Shown here: positions 1 through 9,910 of the stretch, piece after piece
How the letters are laid out: every line of letters begins with the position of its first letter
How positions within the stretch are numbered: position 1 is the stretch's first letter
From: an uncultured bacterium
GTDB taxonomy: Bacteria > Omnitrophota > Gorgyraeia > Duberdicusellales > 4484-171
Direction: 5' to 3'
NCBI GenBank assembly: GCA_913050175.1
Contig: CAJXAF010000002.1
Coordinates: forward strand, 185 to 64,184
Length of the DNA stretch: 64,000 nt
Notes under the pieces: model-generated
Databases searched by the model: none
What the model was told of the DNA's origin: nothing
What the model saw: only the letters and a program-made list of their open reading frames with translations
Made by a program: the position numbers and the translations under genes

Positions 1-541
1 TTGGACCCTTTGCTTTATTAGTAACAGCGATGATTGTATAGATTTGAGCATCACCACCATTAGTGATAAAGTGCTTGGTTCCGTTGAGAATATAGTAATC
101 GCCGTCTTTTCTTGCTGTGGTCTTAACGCCGGCAGCATCAGAGCCGGCTTCCGGTTCTGTAAGGGCAAAAGCTGTTAAGTGCTTGCCGCTGGCAATATCC
201 GGTAAGTATTTTTTCTTCTGCTCCTCTGTACCGTGCAAAAGAATAGGAAACATTCCCAAAAAAGATGCAGCATAAGAAGTAGCTACGCCTCCATCAACCC
301 GGGATATCTCCTCAGTAGCAATGCATAGCTCCATCAACCCAGTTCCCATGCCTCCATAAGCTTCTGGTATTGCCAGAGAAAAGAGGTCAGATTGAGCCAG
401 GTCTTTCATTATTTGGGTAGGGTGCTCTTCTTTTTCATCAAGCTCTCGAGAATAAGGACGTATTTTTTCTTCGGCAATTTGCCTACATAAATCTCTTAAC
501 ATTTGCTGATCTTCAGTTAAATTATAATCAAGAAGAAACAT
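1..541 (-). CDS. acyl-CoA dehydrogenase, partial (N-terminal part; C-terminus lies beyond the window start)
   Basis: Reverse-strand translation from the ATG at 541-539 reads MFLLDYNLTEDQQMLRDLCRQIAEEKIRPYSRELDEKEEHP... with ACAD-typical ALTEPEAGSD and GTKHFITNG segments. It is open to position 1. It is missing from the ORF track because no stop codon falls inside the window. Confidence 0.8.
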   Translation of the reverse strand, partial: MFLLDYNLTEDQQMLRDLCRQIAEEKIRPYSRELDEKEEHPTQIMKDLAQSDLFSLAIPEAYGGMGTGLMELCIATEEISRVDGGVATSYAASFLGMFPILLHGTEEQKKKYLPDIASGKHLTAFALTEPEAGSDAAGVKTTARKDGDYYILNGTKHFITNGGDAQIYTIIAVTNKAKGP

Positions 542-577
542 CTTATACCTCCCTATAAAATTGGTGTTAACTATTAA

Positions 578-1036
578 TTATGTTTTAATTTTTAATATTA
601 CGGCTTCTTCGCTACAGCCGGGAAATTCTGAGCAGTTGATACAATCACTCCATATTTTATGGGGTAATTTCTTTCTGTCAATAATTTTAAATCCAACTTT
701 CGTAAAAAATTCCGGGCTGTAAGTTAGAGCAAAAACTCCCTTTATGCCCAAAGAAGACGCTTCTTTTAAACTTATCTTTACTAATTTCTTACCAATATTT
801 TTTTTCTGATACTTAGATAAAACAGCTAAAGACTTTATCTCGGCTAAATTCTGCCAACCCGTCACTGAAAGAGCGCAACAGCCAACTACCTTCCCCTTAT
901 CAAGGAATACCCAAAAATCACGAAGATGCTCAAAAATATAGTTTAATGAGCGCCGGAGGAGTTTTCCCTTTTTCGCCCAGGAATTAACGAGGCGCTGGAT
1001 ATCTTCTGCGTCAGATAGCTTAGCTTTACGAATCAT
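578..1036 (-). CDS. GNAT family N-acetyltransferase (amino-acid N-acetyltransferase-like)
   Basis: 152 aa with GNAT acetyl-CoA binding core (VVGCCAL...QKKNIGKKLV) and C-terminal KIWSDCINCSEFPGC. Confidence 0.65.
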   Translation of the reverse strand: MIRKAKLSDAEDIQRLVNSWAKKGKLLRRSLNYIFEHLRDFWVFLDKGKVVGCCALSVTGWQNLAEIKSLAVLSKYQKKNIGKKLVKISLKEASSLGIKGVFALTYSPEFFTKVGFKIIDRKKLPHKIWSDCINCSEFPGCSEEAVILKIKT

Positions 1037-1623
1037 TGAAAAAAGAAAGATATTCCAGCTAAAGCCATATTAGCATCAATACCACCATTGCGTCGTTCCA
1101 AACTATTATTAGAAAGGTGTCGATAGCGGTATTCAAGACTTAAAGCAGCATCATCCCAAAAAAACAAATGACAACCTACACCGGCTTGAGGTAAAAAATT
1201 ATACTGACTACCTTGCTCCTGTGTTTTTTGGCTCATATATAAAGTCCCTAATCCGCCTTTAAAATAAGGCTGGATGAAGTCTGATAAAGGAAATACGTAT
1301 TTAATCAAGAAATTTGATCCAACCTCGACGTTAGCCTCAGGACTTATTATGGTATTAGCAAAACCCTCCATTAAAAACTGTAATTTCCCTTCAGTTCTAA
1401 TGCCTATCATCTCAAATATAGGCTTAGCATCATAGTTAAGAGAAACAAACAGAGGAATACCCTGATAATCATCCCTATCTCTTAAATTAGCCTCAAAAAA
1501 GCCTGAAAGCACCTCAATGCCTTCAAGTTCAAAGGCGTGTGAACTACTTGTAAGGATAATTAAACATAAAGTAAGAATAATTTTTGAAATTAGCCGCATA
1601 GCGCCTCCTTTATAAACATACAC
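1033..1623 (-). CDS. outer-membrane beta-barrel protein, PagL-like lipid A deacylase / acyloxyacyl hydrolase family (tentative)
   Basis: 196 aa with N-terminal signal peptide (MRLISKIILTLCLIILTSSSHA), alternating amphipathic beta-strand pattern and C-terminal aromatic residues (...ISFFFQ). Contains an H-x-S (RHLSN) motif as in PagL. Confidence 0.45.
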   Translation of the reverse strand: MYVYKGGAMRLISKIILTLCLIILTSSSHAFELEGIEVLSGFFEANLRDRDDYQGIPLFVSLNYDAKPIFEMIGIRTEGKLQFLMEGFANTIISPEANVEVGSNFLIKYVFPLSDFIQPYFKGGLGTLYMSQKTQEQGSQYNFLPQAGVGCHLFFWDDAALSLEYRYRHLSNNSLERRNGGIDANMALAGISFFFQ

Positions 1624-1732
1624 CTTGATATTTTGTGGTTATTGGGTAAAAATTACTTACTGTTTTATTTTAACTGCTTGCATTATAACTGTCAATCATT
1701 TATTGACTTTTGCTTTGGTAAATATAGGAAAA

Positions 1733-2974
1733 TTAGGCTTGGGAAGCAATTAGACTTAATATTTCTGATAGGCTGGGATGAATTAGAAGCATCTCTTTAA
1801 GATCAGATAGCTTTAAATGCTTTCTAACGCACAAGGTAAGAGTGCTTATTAACTCAGCGGCAAGAGTAGATATAACACCGGCTCCGATAATTGTATCATC
1901 CTCGCTAACTACTATCTGAATGAAACCATCAGTATCACCATATACATAGCTGGAGGAAAATTTTAAAAAATTTGATTGGATAACCCTGTATTTCAAGCCT
2001 TGAGCTTTAGCTTGATCTTCTAAAATTCCAATTCTGGCTAAAGAAGGCTGGGAGAATACACACTCAGGTATGTTAGAATAGTTTTCCTTTAAATGGTTAC
2101 CCTCTTTAATGTTGGGAATACATATTTTAGCTTGATATTCGCCAACATAAGCCAGTAGTTTTTTCCCGGTTACGTCCCCACAAGCATAAATATTATCAAT
2201 ATTGGTGGCTAAATGCTCATTGGTTTTAATCCAGCCTTTGGAATCATAATCTATACCAGCATTAGCTAATTCTAAAGACTCTGTATTAGGTTTTCTACCC
2301 ACGGCAGAAATTATCAGGTCATACTCATCCAGTTTACAATCTTGATAACTTTTATCAGTTTCAATTTTTATGCCTTTGCGCTGTAAAATAATTCTCAAAC
2401 GATTGGCAAGGTAGGGATTAAAAAAAGGCAAAATAGAGTTTTCCCTTTCAACTAGGGAGACGTTACTTCCGAAACTGTTTAGCAAGGACGCTATTTCAAT
2501 ACCAATATAGCCTCCACCAACAATAAGAACTTTTTCAGGAATTTCCCTCTGTTTAAATAAAGCATCGGCTGATATCACCTTAGGATCATCGATAATTAGT
2601 TTTGGCAATGAACCGCTAGCTACTACAATATACTTACCGACAATAGTTTCGGAGCCAACCTTTAAACTATTCTTATCAAGAAAACTAACTTTACCCCATA
2701 AAACTTCTAAACCCTGCTTTTGTAAAAATTGCAAACTTTGAGTTTTTATCTTGTTAACAACAGCCTTTTTTAAAAGGTATGTATCTTTCCATGACTTATT
2801 TAATTTTGCACTATTGAGAAATAACTTAGTTGGTATGCAGCCTCTATTTAAACAGGTTCCGCCAAAAGAATCTTTATCCTCATCAATTAAAACTGCTGAC
2901 AAGCCTAATTTTTTTGCCTGATGTGCACAAGCTATTCCGGCAGCTCCAGAACCAATTATTATTAGATTATACAT
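1733..2974 (-). CDS. pyridine nucleotide-disulfide oxidoreductase, dihydrolipoyl dehydrogenase family
   Basis: 413 aa. FAD-binding GSGAAG, redox-active disulfide motif GGTCLNRGCIPTK, second Rossmann VGGGYIGIE, C-terminal dimerisation domain with HPSLSE. Shorter than canonical Lpd (~465 aa). Confidence 0.75.
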   Translation of the reverse strand: MYNLIIIGSGAAGIACAHQAKKLGLSAVLIDEDKDSFGGTCLNRGCIPTKLFLNSAKLNKSWKDTYLLKKAVVNKIKTQSLQFLQKQGLEVLWGKVSFLDKNSLKVGSETIVGKYIVVASGSLPKLIIDDPKVISADALFKQREIPEKVLIVGGGYIGIEIASLLNSFGSNVSLVERENSILPFFNPYLANRLRIILQRKGIKIETDKSYQDCKLDEYDLIISAVGRKPNTESLELANAGIDYDSKGWIKTNEHLATNIDNIYACGDVTGKKLLAYVGEYQAKICIPNIKEGNHLKENYSNIPECVFSQPSLARIGILEDQAKAQGLKYRVIQSNFLKFSSSYVYGDTDGFIQIVVSEDDTIIGAGVISTLAAELISTLTLCVRKHLKLSDLKEMLLIHPSLSEILSLIASQA

Positions 2975-3028
2975 TTTATCTATCTTTGGTTTTAACCTTG
3001 CATAAGGCAGGGATGAAAGTATTCTTAA

Positions 3029-3532
3029 CTACTTTAATTGAAAATCTTTATACTTCTCTAAGTACTTAATGATACCTTGACTACTTACTAGTTGCTTGCG
3101 GAAATTATCCCAGGGTTTGAAGTTGATAATTGTCTTAGAAGACTTTTTTTCAATCAACCCCTTACTTAAATCAACACTAAGATAATCGCTTTCTTTTAGT
3201 GACCTAGTATCAGCCTCAATTAAGGCTAAACCTATATTAAAAGCATTACGATAAAAAATGCGAGCAAAGCTTTTGGCGATAACACAAACTACACCAGCCT
3301 CTTTAATTACCCAGGGAGCCTGCTCCCGAGATGAACCCATGCCAAAATTCTCACCAGCGACAATAATTGACTTTTTAGGTATAAGTTCCTTGTAGAATCC
3401 CGGACGTATATCCTCCATTAGATATTGGGATAATTGCTTCATATCTGAAATTTTGAATTTATATCGTCCCGATATAATCCAATCAGTATTGATATTGTCA
3501 CCAAACTTAAAAACTTTTCCCTTTAAAATCAT
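3029..3532 (-). CDS. leuD: 3-isopropylmalate dehydratase small subunit (type 2 / archaeal-type LeuD, aconitase swivel domain)
   Basis: 167 aa. [15 protein letters not shown] and [15 protein letters not shown] motifs of the LeuD/aconitase swivel domain. Confidence 0.8.
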   Translation of the reverse strand: MILKGKVFKFGDNINTDWIISGRYKFKISDMKQLSQYLMEDIRPGFYKELIPKKSIIVAGENFGMGSSREQAPWVIKEAGVVCVIAKSFARIFYRNAFNIGLALIEADTRSLKESDYLSVDLSKGLIEKKSSKTIINFKPWDNFRKQLVSSQGIIKYLEKYKDFQLK

Positions 3533-3543
3533 ATTTTTTGATA

Positions 3544-4593
3544 TTACAATTGCTCGAATTCAACTACACTCTTTACTTTAGTCAAAGCTGCCTCTTTAGT
3601 TATAACTCCCTTTTTATAGAGAGTTTTAAGAGCTTTATCCATAGTACGCATTCCGTATTGAGCACCCATCTGAAGCAAGGAAGGAATCTGGGCAATATCC
3701 CCTTCCCTGATTAAATTACGTATTCCCGGAGTAGATACCATAACTTCTGTTGATAAGACCCTGCCCTCTCCATCAGCCCGAGGTATTAAAATCTGCGACA
3801 TAACCCCTTGCAAGCACTCAGCCAGCTGAATAATTACCTGTCGCTGTTGGTAAGGTGGAAAAACATCGATAATGCGCTGGACAGTTTGCGGACAATCAGG
3901 TGTATGTAAAGTGGCTAAAACCAAATGTCCGGTTTCAGCTGCGGTTAAGGTTGTTGATATGGTATCTAGATCACGCATCTCTCCCACAACAATGACATCA
4001 GGATCTTGACGCAAAACCCTTTTTAAAGCCTCAGGAAAAGAGTGAGTATCAGAATATACTTCTCGTTGTTTGATAACACTCTTTTTATTGGTAAAAACAA
4101 ATTCAATCGGATCCTCAATAGTGACAATCATCTCACTACGATTAGTATTTATATATTCAACCATTGCTGCCATAGTTGTACTTTTTCCAGTACCAGTTGG
4201 ACCGGTACAGAGAACTAGGCCATTTGGTCTATTTAAAAAATCAAAGACAACATCGGGAAGACCCAATTGATCAATAGAGGGGATCTTCATAGGAACACGT
4301 CTGAAAGCTGCTTCAACATTGCCTTTTTGAAGGTGGATATTTACTCTAAAGCGGTCCATATTAGGAAGAGCAAAGGAAAAATCCAACTCCTTATCCCGCT
4401 CGAATATTGCTTTTTGCTCATCATTTAACATATTATAAATCAAAGTTTTTGAGCTTTGCTGAGTTAAGGGAGGGAATTCTGTAAGCTGGAGCTCTCCGTT
4501 AATCCTTATTACCGGGGGGTTACCAACTGACAAGTGCAGATCGCTGGCACGCTTGGCTTGAGTCAATTTAAGAAGAGTGTTCATGTCAACCAT
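3544..4593 (-). CDS. pilT: type IV pilus retraction (twitching motility) ATPase PilT
   Basis: 349 aa. Walker [11 protein letters not shown], Walker B/Asp box [12 protein letters not shown], His box ATLHT, PilT-specific GIRNLIREG and C-terminal GMRTMD. Confidence 0.9.
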   Translation of the reverse strand: MVDMNTLLKLTQAKRASDLHLSVGNPPVIRINGELQLTEFPPLTQQSSKTLIYNMLNDEQKAIFERDKELDFSFALPNMDRFRVNIHLQKGNVEAAFRRVPMKIPSIDQLGLPDVVFDFLNRPNGLVLCTGPTGTGKSTTMAAMVEYINTNRSEMIVTIEDPIEFVFTNKKSVIKQREVYSDTHSFPEALKRVLRQDPDVIVVGEMRDLDTISTTLTAAETGHLVLATLHTPDCPQTVQRIIDVFPPYQQRQVIIQLAECLQGVMSQILIPRADGEGRVLSTEVMVSTPGIRNLIREGDIAQIPSLLQMGAQYGMRTMDKALKTLYKKGVITKEAALTKVKSVVEFEQL

Positions 4594-4738
4594 TGAAAAA
4601 CCTCCTCAGCTTAAGAAGCAAGACGTTATTAAAAAAATCAAAAACACCTATATATATCGACTAATTAAGGACTTTTTTGCTCAATTTAACTTTTTTGCTA
4701 TACACTTATTGATACCACTACCCGATGGAAAAATCAAG

Positions 4739-5992
4739 TTATTTAAGATATTTTCTTGGATCGGTTATTGCCCCTTTAATGGCTGAAGCAACTACAGTGG
4801 CAACAGAAGCAAGGTATATATAGCTTTTAGGGTTGCCCATTCTCCCCTTGAAATTGCGATTAGCTGTTGAAATCGTAACCTCATTATCAGCCGGAACGCC
4901 TTGATGGGTTCCCACGCAAGGCCCGCAACCAACTGGTAAAACCACAGCCCCAGCCTCCATAAAAACTCTTATAAACCCTTTCTCCAGACTTCTGAGAAAA
5001 ATCTCTCTGGATGCAGGAGCTATAAAAAGTTTTGTATCTTTATCTATTCTTTTTGATTTTAACATTTTAGCAGCAATCTCTAAATCCTCAAGGCGTCCAT
5101 TAGTGCAAGTTCCCAAAAAGGCCTGATTAATCTTAGTGCCGGCTAAAGATGCAACCGGAGCGCCATTATCAACAGTATGAGGTTTAGCTAAATAAGGAGT
5201 TAACCTTGATACATCAAACTCGATAATTTTCTCATATTTACAATCGTTATCAGAGTAAGTTGGATTGCCCTTTTTAATCTTATACTTTTTTAAGTAGTCA
5301 AAAGTAACTTTATCAGGAGCAATAAAACCACACTTTGCACCAAACTCTATAGTCATATTTGTAATAGTACACCTGGCATCAAAGGACATTTTATCAATAG
5401 TGTTGCCGCTAAATTCAACTGACTTATAAGTAGCTCCGTTTGCACCTAGTTTATGTATTATATAAAGAATGACATCCTTACTATAAACTCCTTTTGGCAA
5501 TTTACCTTTAATAATAATTTTAAGAGTTTGGGGAACTTTAAACCAGTTTTTCCCAGTCATTAAAGCTATTGCCAAATCAGTTGAACCTACTCCAAAAGCA
5601 GCTACCCCTAAGGCTCCGGCAGTAGAAGTGTGGGAATCGGCACCGAGAATAAGTGCTCCCGGATAAGCAATTCCTGATTCAAGAACAAGTTGATGGGAAA
5701 TGCCACAGCCAACATCATAAATGCTATTTTTGTTTTTTTTAGTAAAAGACCTCATCCGAGAATGGATCCTTGAGACTCCCAGGTTAGGTGAGGGACTGCT
5801 ATGGTCTATAAACATTGAGTATTTTTTAGGAGTGATAAGTTTACCGTGGGCTTTTTGGATGCTATCTAAGACTAGTGAGGTCGTTCCATCTTGGGAAAAA
5901 CAATAATCGACTTTACAAATACCAACATCTTCTGCCTCTAGACTCTTCCCTGCATGCTTAGAGAGGATCTTCTCTATTATAGTTTTACCCAT
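4739..5992 (-). CDS. leuC: 3-isopropylmalate dehydratase large subunit (type 2, short archaeal-type LeuC; aconitase family)
   Basis: 417 aa. GISHQ, GADSHTST, GTCTNGR, CGPCVG and SxNRNFKGRMG aconitase-family motifs. Confidence 0.85.
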   Translation of the reverse strand: MGKTIIEKILSKHAGKSLEAEDVGICKVDYCFSQDGTTSLVLDSIQKAHGKLITPKKYSMFIDHSSPSPNLGVSRIHSRMRSFTKKNKNSIYDVGCGISHQLVLESGIAYPGALILGADSHTSTAGALGVAAFGVGSTDLAIALMTGKNWFKVPQTLKIIIKGKLPKGVYSKDVILYIIHKLGANGATYKSVEFSGNTIDKMSFDARCTITNMTIEFGAKCGFIAPDKVTFDYLKKYKIKKGNPTYSDNDCKYEKIIEFDVSRLTPYLAKPHTVDNGAPVASLAGTKINQAFLGTCTNGRLEDLEIAAKMLKSKRIDKDTKLFIAPASREIFLRSLEKGFIRVFMEAGAVVLPVGCGPCVGTHQGVPADNEVTISTANRNFKGRMGNPKSYIYLASVATVVASAIKGAITDPRKYLK

Positions 5993-6004
5993 AAGTATTT
6001 TAGT

Positions 6005-7162
6005 CTATAGAGAACTTAGAAAGTCTTTGATTCTTTCAATGCCTTTATCGATCTGTTCATCACTAGTTGAAAAACTTAAGCGGATAAAGCCATCTTTACC
6101 AAAAGCATCGGCCGGGATGCAAGAAACTAGCTTCTCACTTAACAAACGTTGGGAAAAATCAAAAGAATTTAAATTTGTTTTCCTTATGTCAGAAAACATA
6201 TAAAAAGTTCCTTGTGATTTAAAAGGTGTTATTTTCTCTAAGGGATCTAAGCCTTTCCAAAGCCTGTCTCTTCTGGCTGCGAAAATATCTTTTACTTGGC
6301 CTTGCCATTTATTATCTCCCAAAGCCGCAATAGCTGCTTTTTGTGATACGGCACAGGCACATGATGTAGTGTGGTCAATAATCTTAGAAGTTTCTCCAAT
6401 AATCTCATCAGGTCCGGCTAAATATCCTAGGCGCCAGCCAGTCATGGAAAATGTTTTAGAAAAACCATTTACAGTAATTGTATTGTTAAAAGCACCGCCA
6501 AGTGCAGCAAAGCTAGTATGCTGACGGCCGTCATATAACAAAGTCTCATATATTTCATCGCTTACCACATAAAGATTATTATCTTTAACTACCCGGCAGA
6601 TTTCCTCGAGCTCTTTACGATCATAGGTTGCCCCGGTAGGGTTAGAAGGATAATTTAAAATTAAAACCTTTGATTTGCTAGTTATACACTCCTGGAGTTT
6701 TTTCCCTGAAAGCTTAAAACCGTCCTTTTCGTCGGTTTCACAAAAAACAGGCTTTGCCTGACAAAGTTTAGCCATTTGGGGATAGCTAACCCAGTAAGGA
6801 GAAGGGATAATTACCTCATCTCCTGGTTTAAGAAGCGTAAATAAAGCAACGTAAAGAGCATATTTAGCTCCCGCGGTTACTATTACGTTCTTGCCTTCAA
6901 GAGAAATATTATTTTCGCTTTGTAATTTAGAAGCTATTGCTTTGCGTAAATCAGGGAGTCCGGCTGAAGGAGTGTACTTAGTAAAACCTGCATCAATAGC
7001 AGCTTTTCCAGCCTCTTTAATAAAGTCAGGAGTATCAAAGTCAGGTTCGCCGGCAGCAAAATTAACAACATCTTTGCCCTCGGCAACGAGTTTCTTAGTA
7101 AGAGCGGTTATTTTAAGTGTAGCTGACTTTTTAAGCTCGGCTACGCTAGGATTAATTACCAT
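6005..7162 (-). CDS. aspartate/aromatic aminotransferase, class I PLP-dependent
   Basis: 385 aa. GEPDF, NYPSNPTG, and the PLP-lysine region NGFSKTFSMTGWRLGY. Confidence 0.85.
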   Translation of the reverse strand: MVINPSVAELKKSATLKITALTKKLVAEGKDVVNFAAGEPDFDTPDFIKEAGKAAIDAGFTKYTPSAGLPDLRKAIASKLQSENNISLEGKNVIVTAGAKYALYVALFTLLKPGDEVIIPSPYWVSYPQMAKLCQAKPVFCETDEKDGFKLSGKKLQECITSKSKVLILNYPSNPTGATYDRKELEEICRVVKDNNLYVVSDEIYETLLYDGRQHTSFAALGGAFNNTITVNGFSKTFSMTGWRLGYLAGPDEIIGETSKIIDHTTSCACAVSQKAAIAALGDNKWQGQVKDIFAARRDRLWKGLDPLEKITPFKSQGTFYMFSDIRKTNLNSFDFSQRLLSEKLVSCIPADAFGKDGFIRLSFSTSDEQIDKGIERIKDFLSSL

Positions 7163-7245
7163 TTTTTAAAAGTATTATATAAAAGGACCTTATTAAGATA
7201 CAAACTATTAATCTTAACACATCAACAAATCAAAAACAAGAACTA

Positions 7246-7767
7246 CTACCGTTTCCCAGGATTTCGTTCTTTTTTGAAAATTTTCTTTACCCCTGAAATA
7301 ATGCCTTTTTTAGCTGTTTTATCTTTAGCATCTTCGCTTTGGTTGACTTTCTTGGGTGTTAAGCTTTGAGTTTCTTTATCTTTAGCCTCTTTAAGCGGTT
7401 TTTTCTTTCTTTCCACCTTAGTTAATTCGATCAAAGAAAGTTGAGCTCCATCACCCTTACGTCTTCCAACCTTTAAGACTCTTGTATAACCACCGGTAGA
7501 CTGGGGATAGCGCGGCGCTATGGCTTCAAAAAGCCTTCTCACCAACTTATGGTCACCAACAACCTGATAAGCTAGCCTTTTATCATGCAGCCGGCCACGC
7601 TTAGACCAAGTAAGAAGCCTGTCAAATTCACCCCTTAAGTACTTTGCTTTTGAAGTTGTAGTGACTATTCTCTCATTAATTATAAGAGAACGAAGCAAAG
7701 CTTTTACTAAAGCTTTTTTCTGGGCCCGCGAACGGGAAAAATTTTCACTTTTTTTTCTATGTCTCAT
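7246..7767 (-). CDS. rplQ: 50S ribosomal protein L17 with Lys-rich C-terminal tail
   Basis: N-terminal MRHRKK...RSRAQKKALVKAL...TTT.KAK is the L17 signature; last gene of the alpha operon after rpoA. Confidence 0.9.
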   Translation of the reverse strand: MRHRKKSENFSRSRAQKKALVKALLRSLIINERIVTTTSKAKYLRGEFDRLLTWSKRGRLHDKRLAYQVVGDHKLVRRLFEAIAPRYPQSTGGYTRVLKVGRRKGDGAQLSLIELTKVERKKKPLKEAKDKETQSLTPKKVNQSEDAKDKTAKKGIISGVKKIFKKERNPGKR

Positions 7768-7811
7768 ATAAACTCTGTTTAATTAATATAGTTAAAATAA
7801 AGTTAATCCAC

Positions 7812-8798
7812 CTAGACCATGGTCAGTTTATCTTTATCTATTTTCATACCTAAATTCAAACCCATAGTTTTAAGAAGAGCTGCTACTTCATTTAGAGATT
7901 TTTTACCAAAATTCCTGTAAGCAAGTATTTCCGGCTCAGTTTTTGTTACCAGTTCAGAGAGTGTTTTAATAGCAGCATCGCGCAGACAATTGCTACTACG
8001 AACTGACAATTCAAGCTCAGTAACCGGTATTTTCAATTTTTCATAGAGACTAACTTCTTCCGGGGTTAACTCTTCAGTATCTTCCTCGGGAAGGTCGCCA
8101 AGAGTAAAGAATAGTTCGAGATGCTTGCTCATTACTTTAGCTGCATAAATTAAAGCCTCTTTTGGTTCAATGCTGGCATTTGTAAAAATTTCTAAAATAA
8201 GCTTGTCATAATCAGTGCGCTTACCAACTCGAGTGTTTTCAACCTTAAAAGCAACTCTTTTAACCGGTGTAAATATAGAATCAATCGGAATTACACCAAT
8301 GGGCATACCGTCACGCTTATTAGCTTCAGCAGTAACAAACCCTCTACCCCTACCAACTTCCATTTCAATTTCTAACTTTGCCTTGGAAGATGTTACAGTA
8401 GCGATATGTAAATCCGGATTGATAACCTCGATAGTTTCATCAGTTATGATATCCTTAGCTTTAATCTCCTTTTCTCCTTCTTGCTTTATATAGATTTTTT
8501 TCGGAGAACGAGAATAAGATCGTAAGACTAGATTCTTAATATTAAGGATAATCTCAGGTAGATCCTCATAGACACCATCGATAGTAGAGAATTCATGTGA
8601 AACTCCTTCAATCTTAACCGAAGTTACTGCTGCTCCTTCAATCGAAGAAAGAAGAACTCTCCTTAGAACATTACCAAGAGTCACCCCGTAGCCCCTTTCT
8701 AAGGGTTCAGCTACAATCTTACCGTAATTTGGGCTATACTCTTCTTGATCAACTATGACGCGTTTAGGGAATTGAAAATCCCGCCATGTAATTCCCAT
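7812..8798 (-). CDS. rpoA: DNA-directed RNA polymerase subunit alpha
   Basis: 328 aa. N-terminal dimerisation domain (GYGVTLGNVLRRVLLSS) and C-terminal alpha-CTD (ELSVRSSNCLRDAAIKTLSELV). Confidence 0.95.
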   Translation of the reverse strand: MGITWRDFQFPKRVIVDQEEYSPNYGKIVAEPLERGYGVTLGNVLRRVLLSSIEGAAVTSVKIEGVSHEFSTIDGVYEDLPEIILNIKNLVLRSYSRSPKKIYIKQEGEKEIKAKDIITDETIEVINPDLHIATVTSSKAKLEIEMEVGRGRGFVTAEANKRDGMPIGVIPIDSIFTPVKRVAFKVENTRVGKRTDYDKLILEIFTNASIEPKEALIYAAKVMSKHLELFFTLGDLPEEDTEELTPEEVSLYEKLKIPVTELELSVRSSNCLRDAAIKTLSELVTKTEPEILAYRNFGKKSLNEVAALLKTMGLNLGMKIDKDKLTMV

Positions 8799-8858
8799 TT
8801 CTTACCTCCTCATATATATATTTTTTTTGATTAACGAAGACAACTAAAAAATATCTAA

Positions 8859-9488
8859 TTATTTTGAATACAACTCAATAACAAGCTGTTCGTCTATAGC
8901 TATAACTAAATCCTCTTTTTCCGGAGCACGTATGATATCAATCTTATAACTGCTATTATCAACTTTCATCCAAGTTGGGCAACTACGATCCTTAGTATGA
9001 GTTTCTATATTGTCCTTGATGTATTGGCCAAGATTAGACTTAGCTTTTACCTCTATATTCTCACCATCTCGGACGATATAAGAAGGGATGCTGACTCTCT
9101 TACCGGAAATAAACACAAACCCGTGTCGCACTATCTGTCTAGCTTGCTCTCGGCTCGAAGCAAAAAGAGATCGGTAAACAACATTATCCAGGCGTCTCTC
9201 GAGCATTTGTATCAAGTTTCGCCCCGTAACTCCTTTTGACTTATTTGCAACTACAAAGAATCTTTTAAATTGGTTTTCCAGCATTCCATACATTCTTTTT
9301 AGTTTTTGTTTCTCACGCAACTGCAAAGCATAGTTAGTAAGCTTTTTTCTTGAGGGCATAGCAGCACCTGGTGGTTTAGGTCGCTTTGCATATGAGCATT
9401 TCTCAGTAACACAGCGAGTTCCTTTTAAAAAAAGCTTCATATCAGCTCGTCTACATAATTTACATTTTGCTTCTAAATATCTTCCCAT
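8859..9488 (-). CDS. rpsD: 30S ribosomal protein S4
   Basis: The tracked ORF 8859-9536 starts upstream, but the conserved S4 N-terminus MGRYLEAKCKLCRR begins at the ATG at 9488, which also removes overlap with rpsK. This is an S4 variant with a Zn-finger N-terminus. Confidence 0.88.
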   Translation of the reverse strand: MGRYLEAKCKLCRRADMKLFLKGTRCVTEKCSYAKRPKPPGAAMPSRKKLTNYALQLREKQKLKRMYGMLENQFKRFFVVANKSKGVTGRNLIQMLERRLDNVVYRSLFASSREQARQIVRHGFVFISGKRVSIPSYIVRDGENIEVKAKSNLGQYIKDNIETHTKDRSCPTWMKVDNSSYKIDIIRAPEKEDLVIAIDEQLVIELYSK

Positions 9489-9505
9489 TTTTTCCCCTCT
9501 AGGTT

Positions 9506-9898
9506 TTAAACTCTTCTCTTTTTCTTTGGCCTGCATCCATTATGAGGCATTGGAGTTATATCTCTTACTTTTTTTACTGCCAGGCCAGCTGCCTGCAAAG
9601 ACCTAATTGCTGATTCCCTGCCCGGACCAGGACCTTTTACTAAAACTTCTAACTCTCTAAGGCCCATTTCTCTCACCTGTTTGGCTGCATTCATAGATGC
9701 AATTTGAGCCGCATAAGGCGTAGATTTCTTTGCACCCTTAAAACCAACGGTTCCAGCTGAAGACCAGGCCAAAACATTGCCCTTTAAATCACTGATAGTG
9801 ACCATAGTGTTATTAAACGTAGCAGTAATATGAGCTACGCCAATACTTGATGTCAGCTGAATCTTTTTCTTTTTTTCCCGTCGTCTTTTTTGTGCCAT
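9506..9898 (-). CDS. rpsK: 30S ribosomal protein S11
   Basis: 130 aa; [22 protein letters not shown]...[13 protein letters not shown] is canonical S11. Confidence 0.95.
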   Translation of the reverse strand: MAQKRRREKKKKIQLTSSIGVAHITATFNNTMVTISDLKGNVLAWSSAGTVGFKGAKKSTPYAAQIASMNAAKQVREMGLRELEVLVKGPGPGRESAIRSLQAAGLAVKKVRDITPMPHNGCRPKKKRRV

Positions 9899-9910
9899 TT
9901 ATTCTCCTTA

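Noticed and set aside
4577-4786. 69-aa plus-strand ORF in the leuC-pilT spacer
   Set aside because: It overlaps the pilT start and leuC end and has hydrophobic low-complexity composition. The spacer more plausibly holds the pilT promoter/RBS on the minus strand.
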